A stretch of 64,000 nt of DNA, taken from the human T2T-CHM13v2.0 reference genome, Homo sapiens. Positions 23,765 through 39,177 of this stretch are shown here, piece after piece (the first letter of the stretch is position 1; the number at the start of each line of letters is the position of its first letter). The stretch lies in assembly GCF_009914755.1 (NCBI RefSeq), contig NC_060925.1, one strand, 5' to 3'. The notes beneath the pieces were generated by a model that was not told the DNA's origin, made no database searches, and worked only from the letters and a program-made list of their open reading frames with translations. The position numbers and the translations under genes were made by a program.

Positions 23765-26700
23765 ACACCTCCTTCAAGCACACACACACACCTCCACACA
23801 CACACACACCTCCACACACAACCTCCAAACACACACACACCTCCAAACACACACACCTGCAAACACACACACACCCAACACACACCTCCTAACACACACA
23901 CCTCCACACACACACACCTCCAAACACACACACCTCCACACACACACCTCCACACACACACCTCCAAACACACACCACACACACACCTCCAAACACACAC
24001 ACACCTCCACACACACACACCTCCACACACACACCTCCAAACACACCTCCACACACACACCTCCAAACACACACACACACCTCCAAACACACACACCTCC
24101 TTCAAACACACACACACCTCCAAACACAAACACACCTAACACACACCTCCTTCAAACACACACACCTCCAAACACACACCTCCTTCAAACACACACACCT
24201 CCAAACACACACACACCTCCAAACACACACACGCCTCCAAACACACACACACCCCCAAACACACACACACACCTAACACACACCTCCTTCAAACACACAC
24301 ACACCTCCAAACACACACACACACCCCTCCTTCAAACACACACACACCTCCAAACACACACACACCCCTAACACACACCTCCTCCAAACACAAACCTCCA
24401 AACACACACACACACCTCCAAACACACACACACACCCCTCCTTCAAACACACACACACCTCCAAACACACACACACCCCTAACACACACCTCCTCCAAAC
24501 ACAAACCTCCAAACACACACACACACCTCCAAACACACACACACCTAACACACACCTCCTCCAAACACACACACACTTCCAAACACACACACACCTCCAA
24601 ACACACATACATCTCCAAACACACACACACCTAACACACGCACCTAACACACTCTTCCTTCAAACACACACACCTCCAAAGACACACACACACCTAACAC
24701 ACACCTCCTTCAAACACACACACCTAACACACACCTCCTTCAAACACACACACACACCTCCAAACACACACACACCTAACACACACCTCCTTCAAACACA
24801 CACACACCTCCAAACACACACACCTAACACACACCTCCTTCAAACACACACACACCTCTCCAAACACACACACACACCTAACACACCCCCCTTCAAACAC
24901 ACACACCTCTCCAAAAACACACACACACCTAACACACACCTCCTTCAAACACACACACACCTCCAAACACAAACACACCTAACACACCCCTCCTTCAAAC
25001 ACACACACCTCAAAACACACACACCTCAAAACACACACACATACCTAACACACACCTCCTTCAAACACACACACCTCCAAAAACACACACACCTAACACA
25101 CACCTCTTTCAAACACACACACACCTCCACACACACCTAACACACACTTCCTTCAAACACACACCCTCGAAACACATGTCCTTCAAACACACACACACCC
25201 TCCAAACACACACACCTCCTTCAAACACACACACACACCTCCAAACACACACACACACCTAACACACACCTCCTTCAAGCACACACACGCACCTCCAAAC
25301 ACACACACACCTAACACACACCTCCTCCAAACACACATACACACCTCCAAACACACACACCTAACACACCTCCTTCAAACACACACACACCTCCAAACAC
25401 ACACACCTAACACACACCTCCCTCAAACACACACACCTCCAAACACACACACCTCCAAACACACACACACCTAACACACACCTCCTCCACACACACACAC
25501 ATACCTCCAAACAAACACACACCTAACACACCTCCTTCAAACACACACACACCTCCACACACACACACCTAACACGCACCTCGTTCAAACGCACACACCC
25601 CCTTCAAACACACACACCTCCTTCAAACACACACACACCTCCAAACACACACACACCTAACACACACCTTCAAGCACACACTCCTCCAAACACACACACA
25701 CCTAACACACACCTCCTCCAAACACACACACACCTCCAAACACACACACACCTAACACACACCTCCTTCAAACACACACACCTAACACACCCGTCCTTCA
25801 AACACACACACACCACACACACATCTAACACACACCTCCTTCAGACACACACCTCCAAACACACACACACCTTACACACACCTTCAAACACACACACACA
25901 CCTAACACACACCTCCTTCAAACACACACCTCCACACACACACACACCTAACACACACCTCCTTCAAACACACACACCTCCAAACACACACACACCTAAC
26001 ACACACACCTTCAAACACACACACACCTAACACACACCTCCTTCAAACACACACCCTCCAAACACACACACCTCCTTCAAACACACACACCTCCAAACAC
26101 ACACACACCTAACACACACCTCCTCCAAGCACGCACACACCTCCAAACACACACACACCCAACACACGCCTCCTTCAAACACACACATCTCCAAACACAC
26201 ACACACAGCTAACACACACCTCCTTCAAACACACACACACCCCTCCAAACACACACACACCTCACACACAGCTCCTTCAAACACACACACCCTCCAAACA
26301 CACACACCTCCAAAGACACACACACACCTAACACACACCTCCAAGCACACACACACCTCCAAACACACACACACCTAACACACACCTCCTCCAAACACAC
26401 ACACACCTCCACACACATACCTAACACAAACCTCCTTCAAACGCACACACCCCCTTCAAACACACACACCTCCTTCAAACACACACACACCTCCAAACAC
26501 ACACACCTAGCACACACTCCTCCACACACACACACCTAACACACACCTCCTTCAAACACACACACACCTCCAAACACACATACACCTCCAAACACACACA
26601 CACACCTCCAAACACACATACACCTCCAAACACACACACCTAACACACACCTCCTTCAAACACACACACCTCCAAACACACACACACCTAACACACACAC

Positions 26701-29700
26701 CCCTCCTTCAAACACACACACACCTCCAAACACACACACACACCTAACACACACCTCCTCCAAACACACACACACCTCCAAACACACACACACCTAACAC
26801 ACACCTCCTCCAAACACACACACACCTCCAAACACACACACACCTAACACACACACCTAACACACACCTCCTTCAAACACACACACACCTCCAAAGACAC
26901 ACACACACCTATCACACCTTCAAACACACACACACACCTAACACACACCTCCTCCAAACACACACACCTCCAAACACACACACACCTAACACACACACAC
27001 CTATCACACACCTCCTTCAAACACACACACCTAACACACCCGTCCTTCAAACACACACACACCACACACACATCTAACACCTCCTTCAGACACACACCTC
27101 CAAACACACACACACCTTACACACACCTTCAAACACACACACACCTCCACACACACACCTAACACACACCTCCTTCAAACACACACACCTCCAAACACAC
27201 ACACCTAACACACACCTCCTTCAAACACACACACCTCCAAACACACACATCTAACACACACCTCCTTCAAACACACACACACACCTCCACACACACACAC
27301 ACACCTAACACACACCTCCTTCAAACACACACACACACCTCCAAACACACACACACCTAACACACAGCTTCTTCAAACACACACACACCTCCAAACACAC
27401 ACACACCTAACACACACCTCCTTCAAACACACAAACCTCCAGCACACACACCTAACACACACCTCCTTCAAACACACACCTCCACACACACACACACCTA
27501 ACACACACCTCCTTCAAACACACACACCTCCAAACACACACACACCTAACACACACACCTTCAAACACACACACACCTAACACACACCTCCTTCAAACAC
27601 ACACCCTCCAAACACACACACCTCCTTCAAACACACACACCTCCAAACACACACACACCTAACACACACCTCCTCCAAGCACGCACACACCTCCAAACAC
27701 ACACACACCCAACACACGCCTCCTTCAAACACACACATCTCCAAACACACACACACAGCTAACACACACCTCCTTCAAACACACACACACCCCTCCAAAC
27801 ACACACACACCTCACACACAGCTCCTTCAAACACACACACCCTCCAAACACACACACCTCCAAAGACACACACACACCTAACACACACCTCCAAGCACAC
27901 ACACACCTCCAAACACACACACACCTAACACACACCTCCTCCAAACACACACACACCTCCACACACATACCTAACACAAACCTCCTTCAAACGCACACAC
28001 CCCCTTCAAACACACACACCTCCTTCAAACACACACACACCTCCAAACACACACACCTAGCACACACTCCTCCACACACACACACCTAACACACACCTCC
28101 TTCAAACACACACACACCTCCAAACACACATACACCTCCAAACACACACACACACCTCCAAACACACATACACCTCCAAACACACACACCTAACACACAC
28201 CTCCTTCAAACACACACACCTCCAAACACACACACACCTAACACACACACCCCTCCTTCAAACACACACACACCTCCAAACACACACACACACCTAACAC
28301 ACACCTCCTCCAAACACACACACACCTCCAAACACACACACACCTAACACACACCTCCTCCAAACACACACACACCTCCAAACACACACACACCTAACAC
28401 ACACACCTAACACACACCTCCTTCAAACACACACACACCTCCAAAGACACACACACACCTATCACACCTTCAAACACACACACACACCTAACACACACCT
28501 CCTCCAAACACACACACCTCCAAACACACACACACCTAACACACACACACCTATCACACACCTCCTTCAAACACACACACCTAACACACCCGTCCTTCAA
28601 ACACACACACACCACACACACATCTAACACCTCCTTCAGACACACACCTCCAAACACACACACACCTTACACACACCTTCAAACACACACACACCTCCAC
28701 ACACACACCTAACACACACCTCCTTCAAACACACACACCTCCAAACACACACACCTAACACACACCTCCTTCAAACACACACACCTCCAAACACACACAC
28801 CTAACACACACCTCCTTCAAACACACACACACCTCCACACACACACACACCTAACACACACCTCCTTCAAACACACACACACACCTCCAAACACACACAC
28901 ACCTAACACACAGCTTCTTCAAACACACACACACCTCCAAACACACACACACCTAACACACACCTCCTTCAAACACACAAACCTCCAGCACACACACCTA
29001 ACACACACCTCCTTCAAACACACACCTCCACACACACACACACCTAACACACACCTCCTTCAAACACACACACCTCCAAACACACACACACCTAACACAC
29101 ACCTCCTTCAAACACACACACACCTAACACACACCTCCTTCAAACACACACCCTCCAAACACACACACCTCCTTCAAGCACACACACACCTCCAAACACA
29201 CACACACCTAACACACACCTCCTCCAAGCACACACACACCTCCAAACACACACACACCCAACACACGCCTCCTTCAAACACACACATCTCCAAACACACA
29301 CACACAGCTAACACACACCTTCTTCAAACACACACACACCCCTCCAAACACACACACACACACCTCCTTCAAACACACACACCCTCCAAACACACACACC
29401 TCCTTCAAACACACACACACACCTCCAAAGACACACACACACCTAACACACACCTTTAAACACACACACACCTCCAAACACACACACACCTAACACACCT
29501 CCTCCAAACACACACACACCTCCACACACATACCTAACACACACCTCCTTCAAACACACACACACCTAACACACACCTCCTTCAAACACACACACACCTC
29601 CAAACACACACACACCTCCTTCAAACACACACACACCCTGCTTCAAACACACACACCCTCCTTCAAGCACACACACACACCTCCAAACACATATGCACAC

Positions 29701-30131
29701 CTCCTTCAAACATACACATACACACCCTCCTTCAAACATACACACACACCTCCTTCACACATACACATACACCTCCTTCAAACACACACACACGCACACC
29801 TCCTTCAAACATACACACACACCTCCTTCAAACATACACACACACCCCTCACACACACCTTCTTCAAACACACACACACACCTCCTTCAAATACACACAC
29901 ACACCTCCAAACACATACGCACACCTCCTTCAAACATACACACCTCCTTCATACACACACACCCCAACACACACACCTCCTTCAAACACACACACCTCCT
30001 TCAAACACACACCCGTCCTTCAAACACACACACACCTAACACACACACACACCTCCTTCAAACATACACACACATCCTTCAAGAACACACACACACACAG
30101 ACACACAACACACACACACACACACACACAC
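23765..30131. repeat. ~6.4 kb complex CA-rich VNTR with higher-order duplication
   Basis: Short (CA)n runs punctuated by CCTCCAAA, CCTCCTTCAAA and CCTAA. Identical ORF-track translations recur at an offset of exactly 1550 bp. Confidence 0.98.
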
Positions 30132-30149
30132 CCCTAGTATGGGTCTCCG

Positions 30150-30163
30150 CCTGCAGGGGGCGC
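30150..30163 (+). promoter_or_regulatory. Candidate CTCF site abutting the VNTR
   Basis: CCTGCAGGGGGCGC (13/14 consensus), followed by TC. Confidence 0.6.
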
Positions 30164-30589
30164 TCAGGACAGGACTGTAAACAGTTCCAGTGTATGCATT
30201 TCATTTTTTCTCCCTTCCTCTCAGCTCCAGATCTGGGGCAACCCAGGGTTGGGAGTGTTTGAGGATGGAGGACACTGGATCAAGTGTCCAGGAATTGTGA
30301 GAGTTGAGGCAGTTAGGGGCTGTAAACTAATCCGCTGCCTTTGTGGTGGACAGAGCAGATTAGGAGACTGGGAGGAGACGAGAAAGGAAGGGAACCATTG
30401 TCTAGGACAAAAGCAAGAGAGAATGAGCATTGCGACAGGACCTGGGCTCCCACCCTCACTTACCTGGGGCCGATGAGAGCTCAGGACCCAAAGGAGTCAG
30501 AGCCGGGAACCAGATCACGTCTCAGGCCACCATGGACCCGGCCCCCCAGCGCAGTTACCTGCTTCAGCATGTGTGACTGGGTGGCCAGG

Positions 30590-31391
<802 letters not shown>

Positions 31392-33834
31392 TAGGGGCTA
31401 GGGCAGGAGGGGATGAGAGGAAGGGGTCTCCCTCTCAGGGATGCCACAGGGGAGATGAGGCAGCCTTTGTCCAGATGGGCAGGAGGTGGCCCCAGGACTA
31501 GAGGGGAGACTGAGCAACCTTGGGTTGGAGGTGCTTCTTGGCCTGAGCGTGGCATCTGCAGGGGCCAGGGACTATGGGGTGCATTGTGCTAGAGTGGGCA
31601 CAGGGGGCACACCAGAGTCTCAGTGTTTCTGGGAATGAGGCAGTTGTCAGGCTCTGGCAGGCAGGGATTCTGCTTGAAAGGGAGGGCAGAGGGCCCATCC
31701 CACAGATGTCAGATCCTGTGTGTGTTGGCCTCCTTCCCAGTTTCTTATAAATCTAGCAGAGTGGGTAAGTGCACAAACCCCAGAGCCACTCCACCTAAGT
31801 TCAGATTCTGGCTCTGCCTTTTACCAATCCTTGGGGAAAGATTTACCCTCTTTGTGCTTTAGTTTCCTCACCTGTAATAGAGGGATGACAACGATGCCCT
31901 TGTTAAATGAGTTAATATATGCAAAGTGCCTAGAACGGCGTCTGGCACACAGTAACCATTCAATGGATGTTAGCTATTATTTTTCATTTATTCAACCTGT
32001 GAATATGTATTAAGTATACACTTAGTAGTAGGCACAGCTGTGCTAGGTGCTGACACTAACTTTCACTGCAAAAAACAGAGTCCCTGGTCCAGCTGTGGAG
32101 ATAAATTCTTAGTAACGCCCCAAGTGAGCGCCTGGACTTGGGAAATCCTACCACTGACCTGCAGAGCCCTGCTGGCTCAGCCTCTCCCTCCAATCTCCCA
32201 CCCTCCTGCTGCAGTTTTTCTCTGTCCTGTGGAGTGAGGAGTTGCATGAGTCCTCTGGAGGAAGGAGGTGCTTCCAAAGTTTCCCTCCTCCAATTTCGTC
32301 GCAACCCTCCTGACTCCAGCAACTGGAACTTTAGGTTTGTTCTCTGGTGGAAGTGGGATCAGGAGACCCTGGGCTAGGACACTGTCTTTGCCGCCAACAT
32401 GCTGAGTGCCTTTGGACAAGTCCTCTGATGCCTTTGGGTCTGTTTCCTGTGGGGTGAGAGTTCCTGACCCCAGGATATTACAGAGACAAATGATGGTGTA
32501 TAAAGAAAGATACAAAGAGGGGAGAGAGAGAGGAGAAGGAGGGGGGAGAGAGAGAGAGAAGGGGCATGAGTGAGCCAATGAAGAGGAGACTGTGATGTGA
32601 GGGAGGTGCCAGGGTCCCCTGAGATTTGCAGTGTTCACTCCGTGAGACTTGAGATCCCAGGGGCCGGGATAGGACATGGCCATCATCAGCACCTCGAGGG
32701 CTGTGTGCCTACCCAGAACAAGGCCCCCCATTAACTATGTGCAGCCAGTGGAAAGAGGAATGCCTACCCCCCCGCCAGCCGACGCCACGCCAGCCCTCGC
32801 CTCGTTGCCCACTCCCCTACTCTGAATGCAGAAGCCCAGGGTGCCACCTCCCCCTCTGCCTGCCCTGCCTCCACCTGCCAGAAAGCATTAGCTTCACTGT
32901 CTAGATTGGCATGGGGGCGCAAAGGCACCATGTTGTGGGGCCCAGGGCACCTGCTGGGGGTGGGGCTTGGGGTCAGGAAATACCTGGGCTAACCCCTGGA
33001 ACCCTAGCATGCCCAGTGCCAATGAGCAAATGGCCCTAGAGCCATAGGGGTAAAGAGTGTAGTAAGAGGGGAAGGCTTGGAAGCTCAGAAACTTGGCCTG
33101 GGGAGCCCTTCTGACACCTTACTCCAGCCCCTTACCCCTAACCTGGGCTGGGACCTCCAGATGGGCAGATCAAGTCATTACACCCCACCATTTGCTTAGT
33201 GTTTGACCCCCTGGGAATGTGATCACTGGGAAGTTCTTCCTAGAGTCCCTCCTCCTTCCTATCATAGTGTCCCCAAGTTTCCCTCCTATTTTGGCCAGAG
33301 GGGAGAGAGCCCAAAGCTAACCCCTTCTTTGTTAGCCCCATAGGCAATGGTGGGGTGACCTGGGTTTCATTTCACTTTCTCCATGAGGAAGGGATCCTGG
33401 CCTATAAAGGCAACCTTGGAGACGCCACACCTGCCATCCCCAGGGATCCTGGAGGGGCTGCCTGCTGCTGAGGAGGTCAGAGGCCTCTCCCTGCTCCTCC
33501 TCAGAAATCCACACATCCACTCAGCCTGCCCGCCCCACAGTGTTCTGGGCTGCAGCTAGTCCAGGCAACATCTTTGTGAGAAATAGAAAAGGGTGCCCCT
33601 TGCCCCAGTGGCCCTACCACGTGGGGAGCGGGCAGAGTTGATGAGTGGGGCAGGAGCAGATTTTGTCCTCTGGTTGGCCCCTTGGCCAGACACCTTTGTC
33701 TAGACCAGGCCACAGTGGCATATTTCTATGAGTCAGCCTGGTCAATACTTAGTTAAAAAAAGTGATTTAAAACATATTTATAAAAGATTGCTTAAAGGAG
33801 GTTTATTCTATGGATTCCCTTGGATATCCTAAAG

Positions 33835-33975
33835 CCTTTCACTCGAAGTATGGTTCACAGCCCAGCAGCATAGCATCGGCATCATCTGTGAGTGTGTGAG
33901 GAATGCAGAAGCTCAGGCCTCAACCCTGACCTACTGAGCCAGAATCTTCATTTTAGGGTTTGCCAAGCACTGCCT
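33835..33975. mobile_element. MER5A-like fragment
   Basis: cagcagcat...gaatgcagaagctcaggcc...acctactgagccagaatct. Confidence 0.65.
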
Positions 33976-35502
33976 CAAGCTTATTCATGGAATAAGTCAG
34001 ATCATCAGTGGAGCTGCTGGACAGCCACTCTCTACTCCATCTCCTACAGAACTGCTTTTACCTAGTTTGTACTTAGGTGATGCACCATTGGTTTATATCC
34101 AGGTCTATAAGAAACAGCCCTATGGACATCACGGTTGATTTACTGCAAGGATGTGGTGAAGAAATGGGTTCAGACCAGAAGCCTGCTGCTCTGGTGGGGT
34201 ATTTGGAAGAGGCAAGGAAGCATCAGCTTCATTTAGGATGTAAGGGGCTGACTGAGATGTCTCTTCCTCTGGGAAACCTTCCCTAATCCCTCAACTCTGG
34301 GGGAGGCCTCCCCTCTGTGTGCCTGCCCTGCCGCAAGGCTCATTCCCTTGGGTTCAGATTCCTGGTTACTTGTCTGTTTCTCAGACCAGGCTGGGACCCC
34401 CAAGAAAGCAGGGGCCTGGCCACCATTGCTCTCCTGGTATCCTCAGTGCTGGCCCAAGCCCTCTGCACATGGATGCTCAAAAATATTGGTGGAATGAGTA
34501 AAGAGATGAATGAGTGAATGAATGAATGAACAAATGACTGGCCAGAGGCTGGGAGGTACAGAGCAGAAAAAAAAAAAAAAAACAAAAACCCTAGGCTGGA
34601 GCAGATGGACCTATTTGAGAGAGAGGGAGGGAGGGCAGCCCTCTTCAGACCTGGTAGTAGCACTAACCTGGCTCCACCACAGGCAGGAGCCCGAGGTGTG
34701 GCTTCCAACCCAGACGGCTGCGGTGAGGATGGAGCCGCACTGGGGAGCCTCTTAAGCTGCCAGCCAGTCAGCTCGTGGCCAGGCTTGGGTTTCATTAGAG
34801 TGAGACATCTGTTCTATAAACCCTTCCACTTAGAAGCTTTTGCCTTTCCTATTCATTCTCTTGATTTTTTTTAAAGAAAACTTCTTTTGAAAATTTCCAT
34901 CCAATTCCAAACAAGCTAGGACGAACAAAGGTATGTGCCTGCCCCTAGGCTTGGATAGAGGACTCTAGCAACTTGAGGCTGTGGGTTCTTGAATCTCCAC
35001 AGTGTGCCCGACACTTGCCTAGGCTCTGAAGATCCCAGATAAGTAAGACTTGAATTTTGCATTAACAGAGATTACAATTGGGTCAGAAAATTACCATTGT
35101 GTGTGTTAAGCATGAGGCAGGAGACAAGCATAGGCTGGTTGTGGGGGGACTTAGAAGGTGGGTAGGATGGGGCAGCAGTGGGAAGGAATGTGTCTCATTG
35201 TGGAATCCTGTGAAGATCCAGGGAGCTGGGGCCAATGGCCAGTTAACCCTGGGAGAGAAGCCTGGCAACACCAAAGCCCATGGCCATGCCAGCAAATCTC
35301 AAGTGTTTATTGAGCATCTACTATGTGCCAGAGCCTGGGGAAAGTGCTGGGGATACACAGATGAGTATGATGAAACAATATACAGAAATAAACATCCAAT
35401 TTCATTTAATGGCATAAAAACTGAGAATTATTCATGAGATGCCATGGGAACCTAGAGGGGAGCCCTCAGAAAGCCTGAGGTTCACGAAGACTTTCAGAGT
35501 TT

Positions 35503-36345
<843 letters not shown>

Positions 36346-36529
36346 AGATCCGAGGGAGTCTCAAGGGGGTGAGAATGACTTTCCTAGGTGGAGAAGTGTG
36401 GGATGGGTCACTGGCTTGGGCCAGTGATGGAGGGCGAGCAGAGGGAAGGACAGGAGGAAGCCACAGTGGGAAGAGGGGCTTGAGGACCAGCAGCACACTG
36501 AGGCTCTGCTGATTGTTCCCCGCTTACCT

Positions 36530-36965
36530 GGGTTAGTTTCCAGTGGCTGCCGTGACAAAGTACCGCAAACTGGGTGGCCTAAAACAACAGAAGTTTATTC
36601 TTTCACAGTTCTGGAGGCCAGAAACCCAATATCAAGATGTCAGCAGGGCCACATTCCTGTCAATGGCTCTAGGGGAGAACCCACTGCGTGCCTCTTCCAG
36701 CTTCTCGTGGTTACCACATCACTCCAATCTCTGCCTCTGTCTTCACCTCACCTTCTTCTCTGTGTGTGAGCTCTGCGTGTCTACACAAGGGCAATTGACA
36801 TTGGATTTAGAGCCCACTCAGATAATCCAGGAGGATCTCCTCATCTCAAGATCTCTTACTTAGCTACATCTGCAAAGGCCGTTTTTTCAAGTAAGATCAT
36901 ATTCACAGGTTCCAGGGATTATGAGGTAGACACACCTTTAGGGAGGCCACCATTCATCCACCACA
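36530..36965. mobile_element. MLT1 (MaLR) solo LTR
   Basis: aaactgggtggcctaaaacaacagaagtttattctttcacagttctggaggccagaa...tacatctgcaaag...attcacaggttccaggg. Confidence 0.85.
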
Positions 36966-38169
36966 CTTTCCCTCACTCCCATGCTAACACCCCCAGCTCA
37001 TTTCCCCCCTTTGCACAGCTCTGAGGCAGGCCACTTTCTGATGGCAAATCATGTCTCTCTTGGCCAGCTCAGGCCAAGCTTCCTCCAGGAAGCCCTCCCT
37101 GACCCACAGGTACTTGAGATTCCTCCAGCACTAATGTATAAGGCTCTGTCCAGCAGTATCTGTGGGTCTGAATCTCTCCTCAGACCGAAGTTTCCTGAGG
37201 GCAGGGAACACACACTGTTCACAGGGGCACACACACTTTCTCCAGTGCTCATCCAGGGCTCTGCATAAACTGGTTCTGGCAATAAGGAACTTGGGCTGAA
37301 GTCACCTTTCCAGCAGTGTCTGGTCCAGCCAGGGCATCATGCCCAGTAACAGCCCCGATGTCCAACACTTCCCCATGTCCTCTTCTCCCCCTAGACACTG
37401 CCACCTTAGGGGTCCTGGCTGTTACTTCGTCCCAGGGCCTGACTGGTAGTCTTAGTTACACACACAACACAGGGGAGGGAGGAAGGAGCTTGGGGCAAAG
37501 GGAGGGAGTCCAGCCCTTTGCCTTTCCTTGGAGAAGGCAAGGGAGACAGGAATGCCTTTGGCTGGGAGACCCTGGCCAGAGATCAGAAGATCAAAGGATG
37601 AGAAGATCAGGGGCGAGGCAGGTGGCACTCACTTGGAGGCACCAGAGAGAAGCGGCAGCTGCTGCCTCCTAAGGGCAGGGCTGACCCAGAACGCCCTCCT
37701 CTACCCACAGCCTCCCCAGCCTATCTTTCCTAACTTTATAGCCCTGCTTCTCCACCAGGAGGGGCTCTGTTGGTTACATGCAGGTGAGGAGAGGGATGTC
37801 CACTGACATTCATGCTACACCCATGGGTTCTCCCATTTAAACCTCACAACATTATCTTATGGGGAATATTAGATACTATTTTATAGATGCAGAAACTGAG
37901 GCACAGAGAGGAAAGGAACTAGTCCAATATCAAACAACTGCTAAGTGTTAGGGCCAAGATACAAACTCTGGCAGTCTGACCCCAGAGCCACTGAGGATTA
38001 CATTATAAGGGCAGGCAGAGAACTCTATTCAGTCCAACTGCAGCATGAGGGAGTGAGGCTAGGTATCAGGAAGGACTTCTTGTTGGGCAGGTATTTTAGA
38101 TCCAGATCTTGGATCTAGTCTTTCTATAGCTCTGATGAACCAAATAGTTCGGGAGTTAGGGAAGAGGGC

Positions 38170-38720
38170 AGATGGGTGGGGCGCTATCCAGAGGGAAGGG
38201 CATACGAGAGAAGCGGCAGAACGAGAGAGGATCAGCGCGGAGGGTGGCGGGCACTGGACCGCAGAACTGGCACTCGAGGTCCCAGGGGCCGGAATGCGCT
38301 TGGAGGGAGAGGGCCGCTTAGCGAGGGCGGGACAGAACCTCTCCCGGGCTGGGAGTGCACGGCGCGGTGCGCCCAGGTAGGCTTGGGGGAAGGGTGCCGA
38401 GCTCCGGAAAGTTCCACAGGTCCTCCGCAGCCCTGGGGAGCAGGACCCAGAAACCGACGCGACGGGTGGGGCGCTACCCGGGCCGGCCCTAATCCCCTTC
38501 CATTGTTCTGGGAGCCGAGGCCGCCTCCCCACTTCCGGACCCTTTCAGCCATGGAGCGGGCGGCGCGGGCAGGGGCGGGCAGGGGCACGGCCAGGCGGGC
38601 TGGGGTGGGCAGGGGCGCGCGCGCGAGGCTGGTCCCCGCCCCCGGGGCCGCCGCTTAGCTCCCGGGTACGTGCGTGCAGCTAGGGGCTCCACTGAACCAC
38701 CTGGCGTGGGTTCGCGCTGC
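38170..38720 (+). promoter_or_regulatory. Intragenic CpG island / alternative LGR6 promoter
   Basis: Dense CpG and multiple GGGGCG boxes around exon 1c. Confidence 0.8.
38294..38376 (+). CDS. LGR6: LGR6 alternative first exon 1c, coding part
   Basis: MRLEGEGRLARAGQNLSRAGSARRGAPR; phase-2 donor AG|gtaggc in frame with exon 2. Resembles a recalled LGR6 isoform N-terminus. Confidence 0.85.
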
Positions 38721-39127
38721 CAATTCTTAACTTTGTGGCACAGTGGGAAGTAACTTGATATTTCCGAATCTCCGTTTCTTCATTTAAAATGGGAATAAAT
38801 AATGCTTCGTTCCCTGACCTATTAAAAAGGATCAAATTAAATGAAACCAAGGATGTTCAAGAGCTCTATAAACTGCAAAGACGTGGAGTGGGGGTCTGGA
38901 GAGGCGGAAAGGTGGCGAAACCTCTTAATTTTGCTGAACCTCATCTGTAAAATGGGTCAGTGAAATCTTTAGCACAGTGTGTGATCCAGCAAACGTAGCT
39001 CTTTTTATTATATGCTCTGAACTTTATCTTCTGCTCTTTTCCCCTAGATTCAAATTGAGTCTGGGATCCTGTCCAATTTAGAAAACCCTCTGGCTAGGGT
39101 AGGGGTAAATGGTGTTTGGGTGCACCT

Positions 39128-39129
<2 letters not shown>

Positions 39130-39172
<43 letters not shown>

Positions 39173-39177
39173 CGCGT
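39130..39177. repeat. (TG)17(CG)6 alternating purine-pyrimidine tract
   Basis: Read directly. Confidence 0.95.

Noticed and set aside
23765-30131. CRISPR-like or telomeric array (TTAGG + TG on the minus strand); TCF sites in CTTCAAA
   Set aside because: No unique spacers or cas genes in this eukaryotic DNA. No TTAGGG tandem runs. Units read TTCAAAC, not the TTCAAAG TCF core.
23557-30262. Long His/Thr-rich and Val/Cys-rich ORFs
   Set aside because: By-products of the low-complexity CA/TG array, which has few stops; no splice or codon evidence.
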